A stretch of 64,000 bases of DNA, taken from NCBI GenBank assembly GCA_013265495.1, contig MU062062.1, positions 1,025,651 through 1,089,650 on the forward strand, read 5' to 3'. The notes under the pieces are model-generated. The model searched no databases. It saw only the letters and a program-made list of their open reading frames with translations, and was not told the DNA's origin. This DNA comes from Vicugna vicugna. Taxonomy: Eukaryota. Of this stretch, positions 25,701 through 37,700 are shown piece after piece. Position 1 is the first letter of the stretch. The number at the start of each line of letters is the position of its first letter. A program made the translations under genes and the position numbers.

Positions 25701-28700
25701 ATAGTAACTGTCGAGCTGTTGGTAATTATATTTTCCCAAAAGTAATTTTTAGACCTGTGCTTTTTAGTTTATTAGGAAAAAAGCACAAAGTGAGTTTAAT
25801 TTTTCTTCTTCTGGAGAAAGAATGACTTAACTTTTGTTATGAACAGTCATCTGTGGTGTTTTAAATGTGGAAACTGAGGTCTGAAGGGCAAGCCAGGCCT
25901 GTGAGGCTCCTGCGCTGACGCGGAGTCCGCGGGGTAATGTGCATGGTGTTGTAACTCCTCTGCAGCACGTGGCTTCCTGCTGGAATCATGACGGGGACCC
26001 CGTGGAGTGCCTGAAGCTGGGGAGCCAGGTGGCTCGGTTCAGGCAGTGCCTGGAGGAGAATCCCAAGTTTTTGCAAGAAAAAGTAAAACAGTACTTTAAG
26101 GTAAGACAGTTGGAGAGTCTGTAATTTTGGAGGTGAATTTTATAGTAATGAGAGGAATATGAGGAGTATGATCTGCATTGTGTTAGTAAATGGGCAATGT
26201 AATTTCTTAGTTATTAAAAGTGTAAATGGTCATATTAGCTTTAAAAATGTTTTTCAGGTTTTCATGCAAGTTGGTTTTTTTCTGAGTATGTACGTGTACT
26301 CTTCACGTGTGAGTGTGCGTGTGTGGGTGTGTAAGGGGACATCCGCTTGCGCGTTTGTTCCGCTGGTGGAAGGATCGCGCACAAGAGGCGTCTCCGTGTG
26401 TGGACTTTCTGGTGGTGGTTCCGAAGGGCTCGTCTGCGCCGCCTGCTGCTTCCCCAGGCTCGTGGGCTCCTGCACTTGGTGTGTGTTCTTGGTGGGTCTC
26501 CGTCACTGGTGGGGTAAAGGTCCTTGAGGCCTCGCCCGATGGGGAGGGCTGTCCCGTGGTGGGGGTGGCCGTGGTCTGAGCGCCATGTTCAGGGCGCGAG
26601 CCGTGTGTGGGCATTCGGGCCGAGGTCGCTGTGAGTTACAGGCTATTTTGCATGAAGTTCTTCCACTGTCTTAGTGTTACAGGTGAGCCTTTGCGTGTGG
26701 TTCTAGTTGCTAAAATAGGGGAGGCATGTTAAGTCACCTAACATTTATTTTTGTGTCAGGTCAGCATTTACTTGGTCCTCATAATTTACAGCACACAGAG
26801 TGAGGAATTCAGTTCCAGCCTTTGGGAGGGTGTTGGCATAATGAAGACAAGATGAAGATCATATTTTATTCCACGTTATCTTCAATTTCAACTGAAGCCA
26901 AAGATTTATAACAATAAAAAGTGCAAGCAGTTTCTTTGCACAGCCAAGATGTAGAGGAAGCGAATGTCCAGTTGTCGTGGTTCCGACCCGGTAACCATGG
27001 TGACTGTCATCCCGTAGCAGTGATAGCCGCACGTGGGGACCACGCAGGTCGTCAGGGCAGAGCACGGGGGCTGTAAGGACCACCGTAGCTCGAGTGCCCC
27101 TGCACACAGCCCTCTGGGCGAGTCCCGTTGAGATCTCCATGTGCGATGGGAAAACAGAACTGCGGGCCGACGGCGGCTCTGGGAGGGGCTAGCTCGGGGC
27201 GCCGGACGTGATGAAGTCTGTTCCCATTTGGCCCTTTGTTGCTCTGCTTGTTGCAGGATAATCGGCATAAGCTGATTCTGTCCATGAAGCCAGACGACCA
27301 GTATTCCGAGAAGCAGGCACAGGTGGAGGCAGAGAAACTGAAGCAGAAGGTCGACTCTCTTTCCCCGGAGGACAAGCAGCAGATCTACGAGAAAGGTCCG
27401 CGCCAGCCCTGCCCCCGCCTTCCCCAGCCCACGGGGCTCCCTGGCGGTAAATGGGTGGAGACAGGTGTCGTCTCCACGGACAGTGCTCACCGGGCGCCTG
27501 CAGAGCTCCACGCCCGGTGCAGTGGGTTCAGCCCCAGGAGGGCTGACCGTGTGCTCAGAAGCCACCCTGTGCTCCAGCAGCAAAGGCAGGAGCTGAGAAA
27601 GAGGTGGCTTTGCAAGGTTTATCCGCTTTCCAGGTTTGATGCATGGTCTCTCCGCGCGGGGCTGTAACAGGCCGCTGAGCGTGTCGCGTCACGGTTCACA
27701 GTGAGCTGCCCATCGGGCCGTGTGGACGGTGCATGCCGTGGGTTCAGGGGAGGCAGGTCTGGGGGACAGACCCGGAGCGCGTCCTGAAGCTCCACTGGGT
27801 CCGTGTGGTGCCGGCGCGGTGAGCACAGACCCCGTCTGTCATGGGATGGTGCTCACGGGCTCTCCTGAGCAGCCGGGTCTGCTCCTGGTACTTCCCCAGA
27901 GGGACGGAGGCGTCCGTCCACGCGAGCCTTGACCCGCCTCACTCCCACCCGCCGGGTGTCCACGCGGTGCGGGCCTGGGAAGCGCTGCTCGGCCAGAGGC
28001 TGCAGGGGCCGGGCCCTCAGTGCCATCGGTCTCAGAAGCGCTGTGCTGAGTGCGGTGAGCAGCGCAGGGGGCACTGCTGACGGGGCTCGCTCCTCGGAGC
28101 CCTGGACGCGGCGAAGCTGTGGGGACGGAAGGCGGCGAGGCTGGAGCGGGCGGGGTGCCTGCAGGGGCCCTTCCCAGGCGAGGGCGTGTTGTGTTACCAC
28201 ACACACTGCCGAGTTGCTGTGAACGGCGTCACATGTAAGTTAGACGTGCGTAGAGTCTGTTACTACGCGCACACAGCACACACACGCGCAAACACGCGTG
28301 CACCGCTCCCCTGCACCCGGACCGCGTTGTGAGGCGTCCAAGGCTTGTCAGGAGGCGGAGGTGACTTGAGGTAGAAAGAAATTCCGTTTTGATCATGCTG
28401 AGTTTGAGGTGATTTAATCTTGTAAAGACAAAATTAGTGTCAGTGTGTGACCGGTTTTGTGTGTCTGAATTCTTGTTTGGACGTGCAGTTACTTTAAACG
28501 TGCCGTAGATTCAACGTGCTCACTGTGATTGGTGCAGTGAACAAGCGTCTGTGCCGTGAGTGCCAGCCGACAGGTTCCAGCTTCCTTCTCCAGGTTTTCT
28601 TTTGAGGAGGAATTGACATACAACGCTGTGTTAGTTTCAGGTGTACGCTGTAAATGTTTGATACATTACACGTCACGAGGTGACCATCACAGTAAGTCCA

Positions 28701-31700
28701 GTAACGTCCATCGCTGCACATGGTTACAACTTTGTCTTGGGGTGAGAACGATTAAGTTTAGTCTCTCAGCGGACTTCAGACACGCAGCGCGGTGTCAGTA
28801 ACCACGGTAGCCGTGCTGCCTGTCACGTCCCCAGGAGTTCTTTTATAACCGCAGGTTTGTACCTGTGACCCCCGCCCTCCATTTTCCCACCCGCCCCACA
28901 GCCACCATTCTTTTCTCCGTATCTGTGAGCTTGATTTTTTGTGTTTTTGCTTCTTCAGATTCCGCGTATAAGCAGATCGTAGGTGTTTGTCTTTCTCTGA
29001 CTGACTTCACTGAGCGTGATGCCCTCGAGGTCCATCACGCTGCTGCAAATGGCAGGATTTCCTTCTCTTTTATGGCTGAATCGTAGTCCATTTGTAAACA
29101 CCCCACGGCTTCTCTATCCAGCCGTCTGTCGACGGGCACTTAGGTTGCTCCCATGTCTTGGCTGCTGTGAACATGGGTGCGCGTGTCTATACACGTGAGT
29201 GTCTTCATCTTGTTTGCATACACACCCAGGAGGGGAATTGCCGGACCACATGGCGGTTCTGTTTTTCGGTTTTTGAGGAACCTCCACGCTGCTCTCTGGC
29301 GGCTGCGCAGTTTACGTTCCCAGCAGCGGTGCACAGGGGCCCCCTTTCCTCCCGCCCTCGCCGACGCCTGTTATCTGTGGTCTTCTCGCTGCTGGCCCCT
29401 CTGACAGGCGTGAGGTGATGTCTCGTCGGGGTTTGATCTGCGTTTCCCTGATGATTAGTGATGCTGAGCATCTGTTCAAGTACCTGCTGGCCACCGGTGT
29501 GTCTTTGGAAGCAAGCTAGCTCAGATCCTGCGCCCGTTTTTTCATTGGATGGTTTGGTTTTCACTGTTGGTTCCCTTAGACGTTTGGGGTGTTCGCTCCG
29601 CACCAGGTGGTGCTTCATTTGCAGGCGTTCTGTCCCTCTGAGCAGCGGCCGTTGCCCCTCCATAGTGTCCTTTGCTGTTAGAAGCTTTTCCGTTTGCTGT
29701 GGCCCCGCCTGTTTGTAGCACAGACAGTAATTCCGTGCCTGAGCAGCAGGACATGCGTCCCGCAGTTGTCAGATTCCTGGCCTGGCCGTGGAGCTGTGCT
29801 GTGTTAGGAAGACCAGGGTGATCCCGTCCAGCCCTGCACGGGAAGGAGTGGGGGCCCCATTAAAAAGGTGTGTTTTGTTTCGGGGATCACTGCAGAGCTC
29901 TGTTAAGTAGGACCCAGTGCTGGTGTGCTGAACGGTTGCCTTGGCTCCGCAGGTCTTCAGTGTGGCCCCCAGTGTGGGGAATCTGTGGATAAACACCAGT
30001 GAGGACGGGGGCGGGAGTAACGTCCAGGCGTCCTCGGTTCTGGTGTCTGTGTTTCTATGCACGTGAGGGGCCGGCAGGGCCTGGGATCTGGCCAGGGAGG
30101 CGGTGCCGAGAGGGGCCGCGGGGTCGGGGCAGGCGGGGGACGTTCTCTGGGACTAGGACCTTCACGCTGTCGCCAGCCCTGGGCCGGTGGGAGGCAAGAG
30201 GGCCTTCTCCAAGAGCGCGAGTGAGGCAGCGTCTGGGCAGGGGGTCGGGACGCTCAGTTGGCGGGGTAACGACCAGGGGAGGGGCCTTGAGTCCAGGAGG
30301 TTTGGGCGGGTCCCCGGCGGGTGGGGGGAGGCTGAGGGAGGGGCCGGCCGGGGCCTCCACCGGGGACCTGAGCGGGGGTGCTGGCCACGCTGGGGGGGCC
30401 TCACCCGGGACGCCCAGGGCTCTGATGTCACACACCGCGCTGAAGCCTCCGGTCCCGGAATGACCCCGAGAAAGGGCTGCCTTCCTCACATCACATCAGG
30501 GGAGGATTGGGCCCAGAAGATGTGTTTTACCCCTTTTTATGATTTGTGAACTGTACGTGGTCACACACGTATTTTGTGGAAATTAGTGAAAATAAGAATG
30601 AACAGGTACAGAAATGAGTGGGTTTGAGTCCAGCCAGAAGTGGTTTGAAAGCTCTGAAAGCAAGTTCCGTCTACACAGAATTTGGGGGACGGAGGGGAAG
30701 CTGTGTGGACGAAGCTCCCCCCGCCCCCACGTCCAGCAGAGTCATTCCTGTAACCGCTGGGGTGGGACTGAGCCACCGTGCTGCCTGCTGAGCAGTGGCC
30801 GCTCTTATGCGCTGGCTTCCTTGGGCACAGGGGACACCTGGGACGGCGGTGGCCCAGCTGCCGGCACATGCCTGCGTGGCCGACCCGTCCTGGGCCTCAG
30901 CAGACAGGAGACGGATGCGCGGGACCTTTTCAGTGTCGTCCTGAAGGTCCATCCCCCACCTTCCAGGGTTAGAGCTACAGACCCAGCAGAGTCGACCCCA
31001 AGATGCGTCCTGCCTGCCTGCGTTGAAGGTGTCAGACATCGAGCCCCGCATCCCAGTGACGGAGCTGGACGTGGTGCTGGCAGGTCAGTGGGCTGGCACC
31101 CCGGCTTGGGTCCCGCCCAGCGTACCAGGGAGGGCATCCGAGCCCCTGTGTCGTCACCCCCCCCCCCCCCCCCCCCATCGAGCCCCGCATCCCAGTGACG
31201 GAGCTGGACGTGGTGCTGGCAGGTCAGTGGGCTGGCACCCCGGCTTGGGTCCCGCCCAGCGTACCAGGGAGGGCATCCGAGCCCCTGTGTCGTCACCCCC
31301 CCCCCCGCACACACACACATTTCTGTAGTAGGTACTCGCCGTGACGCTGGGCGTGGACCCAGGAGGGGCTGTTTGCTGGGCAGGTCAGACAGGCGTCCTG
31401 CTGCCTCTGGTCCTTGGGCTGGGGCTTTGCTGTGCTCTGTCCGAGCTCGCTCCTCCCGACTCGGGTGTCCCCGGGGCCCAGCCTGCGTCAGGCCATGTTG
31501 GGGGGACAGCTGCTGCTGCTCCATCATGGAGCCCCCCAGGTCGGCCCCATGTCACTCTGAATTCTCCCTGACGCAGGGGACATGCCTGGGACGTGGTGCT
31601 TCCACGTGGCCGGGATTTGGTTCTGCCACCGTGTCCCGAGGACGTCCAACCACGGCCCGGCACCTGGGCACCAGCACCCCCTTGCCCTCTGGGGCGTGTC

Positions 31701-34700
31701 TGCCTCCTGCTCTTCCAGCGGGGCAGCCTGGGCACCACACCCGGCTGGCGTGTGCGCGTGTGCACACCCGTAAATGAACCCTCTTCCCAACCAGGCTTCC
31801 GGGAAGCGGGGTTGGCGTCCCACTGGCCCTTTAACCCCTTAGGTTTGGTTTGTCGGTGGAGCTTTAAGTGCCCGTGGAAAGAACCAGCCAAGTACTGAGT
31901 CGTCAGTAAAGCCGCACGTCCTCGGCTGGCTCGGGCTCTGTGTGGGGTTAGCCGCTGGAGCCCAGGCAGTTCCCCCGAGGGGCCGGGGCCTGGGTGGTGG
32001 GGGGCAGTGAGGTCGCTTGTTGCCGGAACGGAGGCCACGCTGACGCCAGGGCTTCCGGGTGCAGGTGGGGAGGCGGCTGGAGGGCTGGGGGGGTCACCGG
32101 CCCCGGGGCATGCTGACCGCTCGCTCTTCGGAAAGCAGGGGTCGCTGAGGGCTGAAGACTTGCAGGTTTTGCCATAATAAAAGTACAGGAGGGAAATTTG
32201 CCTGCATTGTAGCAAATGAATAGGGTTTTGTTTTGTTTTTTAGTTAATATAAATGTTAAATTTCCATCCTTGGAAAGCATTAGCATTTTAAAGATAGTAA
32301 ACGACGGTTATGTGGTAAAAATGTTGAACGCTCAGGGCACCTCTCGCCCCCGCAGGCGGCGAGACGCCGGTGCAGCTCTGCGCGCAGCCCACCAACGGCC
32401 TGGTCTACTTCCGAGCGCTGTCCAGCCTGAACACGCTGCCCGAGGAGCTGCGGCCCTACGTGCCCCTCTTCTGCGCCGTCCTCACCAAGTAAGGCCCCGC
32501 CGGCCCTGCGCGGCGCCGCGACAGGCGTGCCCTGCGTGTGTGTTCTTCCTGCGTGGTGACCGCTTCGCAGTGACTCGTTTTCCATTTCACGTCCCCTAGA
32601 GGTGTTGCCAGATGTGGGCCGAGTGTGTGTGGAGAGTTTTTTAGAAGAGCATACTTTCTTATTAAGATACATTAAGACACTTACAGAGTGCAGGGTAACA
32701 CAGGAACATCTTTCTGGTCGACTTGGTTCTTCCTAAGCTTATGAGAGCCTGAGTGTTTTTCATGAGAAAGTGTGAGTCGTTAAACGCGACATGCAGGCCT
32801 GGGGTCACCCCGAGAGGCCGCGTTGTGCATCTGCCCACTGAGCTGGTTTTGTGGTCCCCGTTGTCCACGAGGACACTGAGACGCCAGTGGGGTCCCTTCC
32901 CTGCGTCCTGGGTTCACAGACGGAGGGAAGTTGTGTGGGCAGACGACCGTTGCGGGAGCCGGGCAAGCGGGGGCCCCTGACCAGTGTCCGGCTGTGTGGA
33001 AGGAGCCCTTGGCCTCGTCAGGCGCTTCTGCCCTTTCATTGGTGTGTCCTTGGCCACATAGTGGATCCAGGAAGCTTGGATTGTGTCTATTTTGGGAGCA
33101 GCGGTTGGAATGTTTCTCCCAAAAGCATCATCGGTGTTGAGGTGACTTCTGCTTCCCTTAAATATATAAAAAGGCTGTTTTTTCAGATTTCGCCCCCAAG
33201 ACTGCCAAGCACTGTGCAGATGGAGTCTGTCAGCGTGTTTCGGGAGGAGGGGCGTAGGGAAGGCTGGAGAAGCACCGGGGAGGCGGCCGGTGCAGGGCAG
33301 GTGCTGCTGAGGGGCTCCCTGCACTGAGACCTGGCTCTGCCCGGCGGCAACCTGGTGCAGGGTGACGGGAGGCACCTGGGCATGTGGCCCGGAGGTGACG
33401 CCGGGGGGAGGGGGAGCCCAGCCAGTGACTCGGTGTTTCTCTGCCCATCGTCAGGCTGGGCTGCGGCGTCCTTGGCTACAGAGAGCAGGCCCAGCAGGTG
33501 GAGCTGAAGACGGGGGGCATGGCCGCCGCCCCCTGTGTGCTCCCGGACGACTCGCACCTGGACACCTACGAGCAGGTGGCCTGTCTCCCCGGCACGGCGG
33601 GCGGGGGTCGGGCTGTTCCTCTGGTGTTTTGGTTCTTATCCCTCTTAAATTACATCATAATTAATTTCCTCTTCGTCTTGCTTTTTGCTTTTGATTCAGG
33701 GTGTGCTTTTCTCATCTTTCTGCCTCGATAGAAACCTGCCAGACATGATGCACTTGTGGAGTGAGATATTTAACAAGTAACTATTGCACAGACGTAGACG
33801 CGGGCGGGGCAGCCAAGAGCCGAGGGCTTTGCTCTTGTCTCGGCTCTTGGTCTCTGAGACTGACCTGTGGTCCCCACGCGAGGCTTCGGGGGCGTTCACG
33901 TCGTCTGAGGACTCGCCCGGAGCGGCTGTCCCTGCCGCTGGGGGGCGCGGACGGCTGCCCAGGCGCTGACTGTTCCTCTCCGCTCAGCCCCCGCTTTGAC
34001 GAGGAGGAGCACTTCCGGGTGCTGGTGAGGATGGCGGCTCAGGAGCTGTCCAACGGGGTGCCCGACGCGGGGCATGTGTACGCGTCCGTGCGGGCCGGCA
34101 GGACCCTGGCGCCCGCGGGGGACCTGCAGGAGACCTTCGAGGGGATGGATCAGGTGAGCAGGGCTGGGAGTTCGTGTCTCAGAGCAGCTGACTCTCCAGC
34201 CAGGTTTTACGGGGAAATCAACTTCTTTAGCTCAGCCTCCTCTTTCCAGCCGCGGCCCCATCCCTCCCCAGCCGGACAGGTGTGTCCCTGCGGGCCTGGC
34301 CGAGGGGTGTCTGGCGCGGGCCCTACCTGTGGGTGCTCTGCCTGGCGCAGGTGAGGCTGATGCAGAGAGTGGCGGACATGGCAGACGTCAGGCCCGTCCT
34401 GAGAAAGCTCCCGCGCATCAAGAAGCACCTGCTGAGCTGTGATCACCTGAGGTAGGGCTGCGCCGTCTCCACGCGAGGAGCCCAGTTTTGGGGCGCTTTT
34501 TGCTCACAGTGACAGTCCCAGAAGCTTCAGACAGAGCACTGTTCTGCCAGCCGGGGGGCTGTTCTGTGTGGACGTTGAACGTGCGTCCTGGGAGGTGGGG
34601 AGGAGGGCAGGCGAGGTGAACCCCAGAGCCGAGGCTCCGCACAGGAGCCCGGGACCCCGTGGAGGGGCGTGTGCTCCAGACGGAGAGTGAGAGTCCGGAC

Positions 34701-37700
34701 CCCTGGCTCCGGGGCCGTCACGCGGCCGCGCAGCCTCGCTCAGGTCTGGGAGCACAGACGGGCTAGAAAGAACGGAGAGCCAGTGAGGCTGCGCCCCGCC
34801 AGCGCCCGGCCTGCAGTTGGCTGGCAGCTCTCGCTGCAGAAGTCATCCATGTGTCTTTTCTGGGAACGCCCGGCGGGCTCTCCCGGGCCAGCTGGGTGGC
34901 AGGGCCGACTTCCCCTTCCTGGGCTGCACGTGTGCTCACACCGGCGTCTCGGGGAGTTGACCGCACGGCCCTTCTGCTTCCTGCATAAAGCAGACGCACG
35001 ACAAGGGGTAAACGCGTGTGCGCAAAGCCGTGGTCTGGTGCCTGGAGCACGTATCGCTGTCGTGGTACCTGCTGTCACTTCCCAAAACACAGTTGGGGTT
35101 ATGGCCAGGATGGGATGGGCTTCTCTGTGGGCACAGCGTGTGGTCCTGGTGCCTTCGGGCGCTAGCCCCTGGGAGGCTGCAGGGTTCGGAAGCGCCTGCT
35201 GGGCAGAGCGGCGCAGCTCCTCGGCTGCTTAGGGCTGTCGACTTGCCCGCTGCGGCCACGGCCCCCGACAGTGGTTACGGCTACGTCATCTGTCTCCCGA
35301 TGCTGCAGCCCCGGAGGCGTCGCTGGCGGGTCTGCGCCGTCCCTGGTCCGCCATCCTCGGGGCGCAGAGTTTAGTCCAGGTGGCCGCTCGACGGCCGTAG
35401 GCACTGGGCGGGGGAGGGGAGGCCGGCCGTGCCTTGACAGCACTTGCTGAGACAGCTGTGGTGGTCCCCCTGTTGGCTGTTGCTTTGTTCAGGTTTTGTT
35501 CTCACGCTGAGATGTGAACGTGTGTGTTTTGCACGTCATTTACTTTGTTGTCTACACACAGAGCGCCCTGTTTTAGCATCACGGTCATGGTTGTCTGCAC
35601 GCCACGTCTTTCAACAGGTGCTCCGTGAACGCGACCCCTCAGCAGATGTCGTGGGCGGGGACGGCGGTGGACACGTTCGTGCGGAGCCTGGGTCGGAGCC
35701 AGAAGGAGCGGAAGCCCGTGCGCCCCCACATCGTGGAGGTGCGGAGCGTCCCCGTAAACGCAGCAGGCCTGCCTCATGCTCGCTCAGAGCTTCCCAGGTG
35801 AGTTTGGCGGTTTTCTCATTTGTGCTGGAAACGTTGTTTTCAGAGACCTGCCCTCGGCGGAAGCTCCCCAGTGATGAGGAGGCTGGTGATGGTGAGTCCC
35901 CCCACGAGACCCCCTCATCCCGCCGCCCCTGAGGCCCGAGCGCTGTTGGCGTGGACGCGCGCAGGTGCTGGTCCTCACATCTGGTCCTCGTTTAAACTCG
36001 CCCCCCTCCCCGGGCCCTGCGGTCCCTGCCGCACCCTTGGCACAGTCGCCTGTGGCGTGAACGGTGCGGTCACGTGGTTGGGGTATTTTGTTTTCGCCTT
36101 AAGGTGCGAGGTTGTGTGGTGACAGCCGCCAGGGGCTGCTCCCCGCGGGGACGTGGCTGTGCGGCCTGGGCCCAGGTGAGCAGGGGTCCAGTGACCCGCC
36201 CGTCTTCCCCCAGGAGCCCACCTTCACGCCCTGCCAGGTGAAGACGCACTTCCTGCTGCCCTTCCCCGTCAGCTACGTGGCCGAGTGTGTCAGGACCGCC
36301 CCGTACTCGCACCCGGACCACGCCAGGTATGGCGCCCGGGCAGTCGCAGGGCTGCTTGGCTCGCGTGTCGCTTCTTTCCTCGTTCACAGGATCCGAACTC
36401 GCGCTGCAGGCCCTCGAATAGCGGCCTGTTTCTCCTGCTGAACAGGGAGGTGTAGGTTTAAAACACAGGAGTGACTAGAGGCCTGACCCACCCCGGGGAG
36501 TGGGGTTGCAGCCTGTTCCCTCTCTGCTTTGTACGTCAAATTTCCCAGCGGTGAAACGTGTGCCTCTGTAACAGAGAAAGAGCGGAGATGTCTAAGGAGA
36601 GGCGTGTGGAGGGTGGACCCCGTCTGCCGGGGGCAGAGCCCGCCGGCGCAGCCGGGCCCCCCTCCTCCCCTCAGCCCGTGCCACCTGCTGTGATTCAGGA
36701 AAGCCTGGTCCCCTCTCCCCAGCTGTCCGGCCACCCAGGCCTGTCTGACAGTGGGTCTTCCTCACCTTCCAGTTTTTAGAAAGACGAGCACGGTGTGTCA
36801 GTCACTGCCCGAGACTTCACCCAGCAGCACACTCGGCCGCCTCGGGGCCACCTGTCGTGCACAGTACTGGGCGGTGACAACTTGCCGTCCTCGCTCGTTT
36901 CAGTCTGAAGGTCCTGGCACGCCTGATGACCGCTAAGTTCTTGCACACGGAGATCCGAGAGAAGGGCGGTGCTTACGGCGGAGGCGCTAAGCTCAGCTAC
37001 GGCGGGCTGTTCACGCTGTACTCCTACAGGTGGGTCTCCGGCCGCCCGGCGGGTGGGCACGGGGTGGGCTCCGGGACCGCTGTCTTCATTGGTTGGCATT
37101 TAACCACACCCAGCGGTGTCCTTTTGGTTGCTGTCTTAGGGACAGCAGGAGGTGACAGGGAACCCTTGGCCCAAAAGCTTTCGGGGGCTGGGCCTGTCCT
37201 CAGAGCACAGACGGCTCCTGCCCTTTCAACCCTGCTGCCTGAGGGCACGACTCTGACCCCTCGGAGAAGGGAGGTCTCGGCCCCACTGGCTCCTGTCTCT
37301 GCTCTCGGTGGCCTTGTCCTGGGACACGTGCTGGACATGGTCGACAGGACAGAAAAAGGCCTTTCCCACAAGATGCACCCCACACCCGCCCCCATGCACA
37401 CGTGGACAACAGGCCTGGGGCTCTCCTTCCACTCATTTGGGGGTCCCTCAACCTGGCCCTGCTCGGGGTGATCATTAGACCACCCTGGTGCATCTTCTCT
37501 TCCTTCCAGTCACTTGACCTGCCCTCTTTCTGGGCCAGAGGGGTATTTCGGACTCTGGGGCGCAGCTTGGGGGATGGGCCAGGTCTCCAGGGAGAGCATG
37601 TGGTGGCTTGTGCAGATCCCACGGCGTCGGCTGTTGGGGGCCGTCTGGACAGAGTGTTGAAGGGTGGCCGCCCCTGTGTTCCCGCTGGTAAGCGAGCGTG

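Noticed and set aside
27455-27519. Two adjacent 8-9 bp hairpins downstream of the weak exon 14 donor
   Set aside because: Stems of this size are expected by chance in ~70% GC sequence, and there is no independent support.
34341-34357. AG|GTGAGG at the start of PITRM1 exon 20 as a recursive splice site
   Set aside because: Explained by the conserved Val-Arg codons at the exon start, and the intron is very short.
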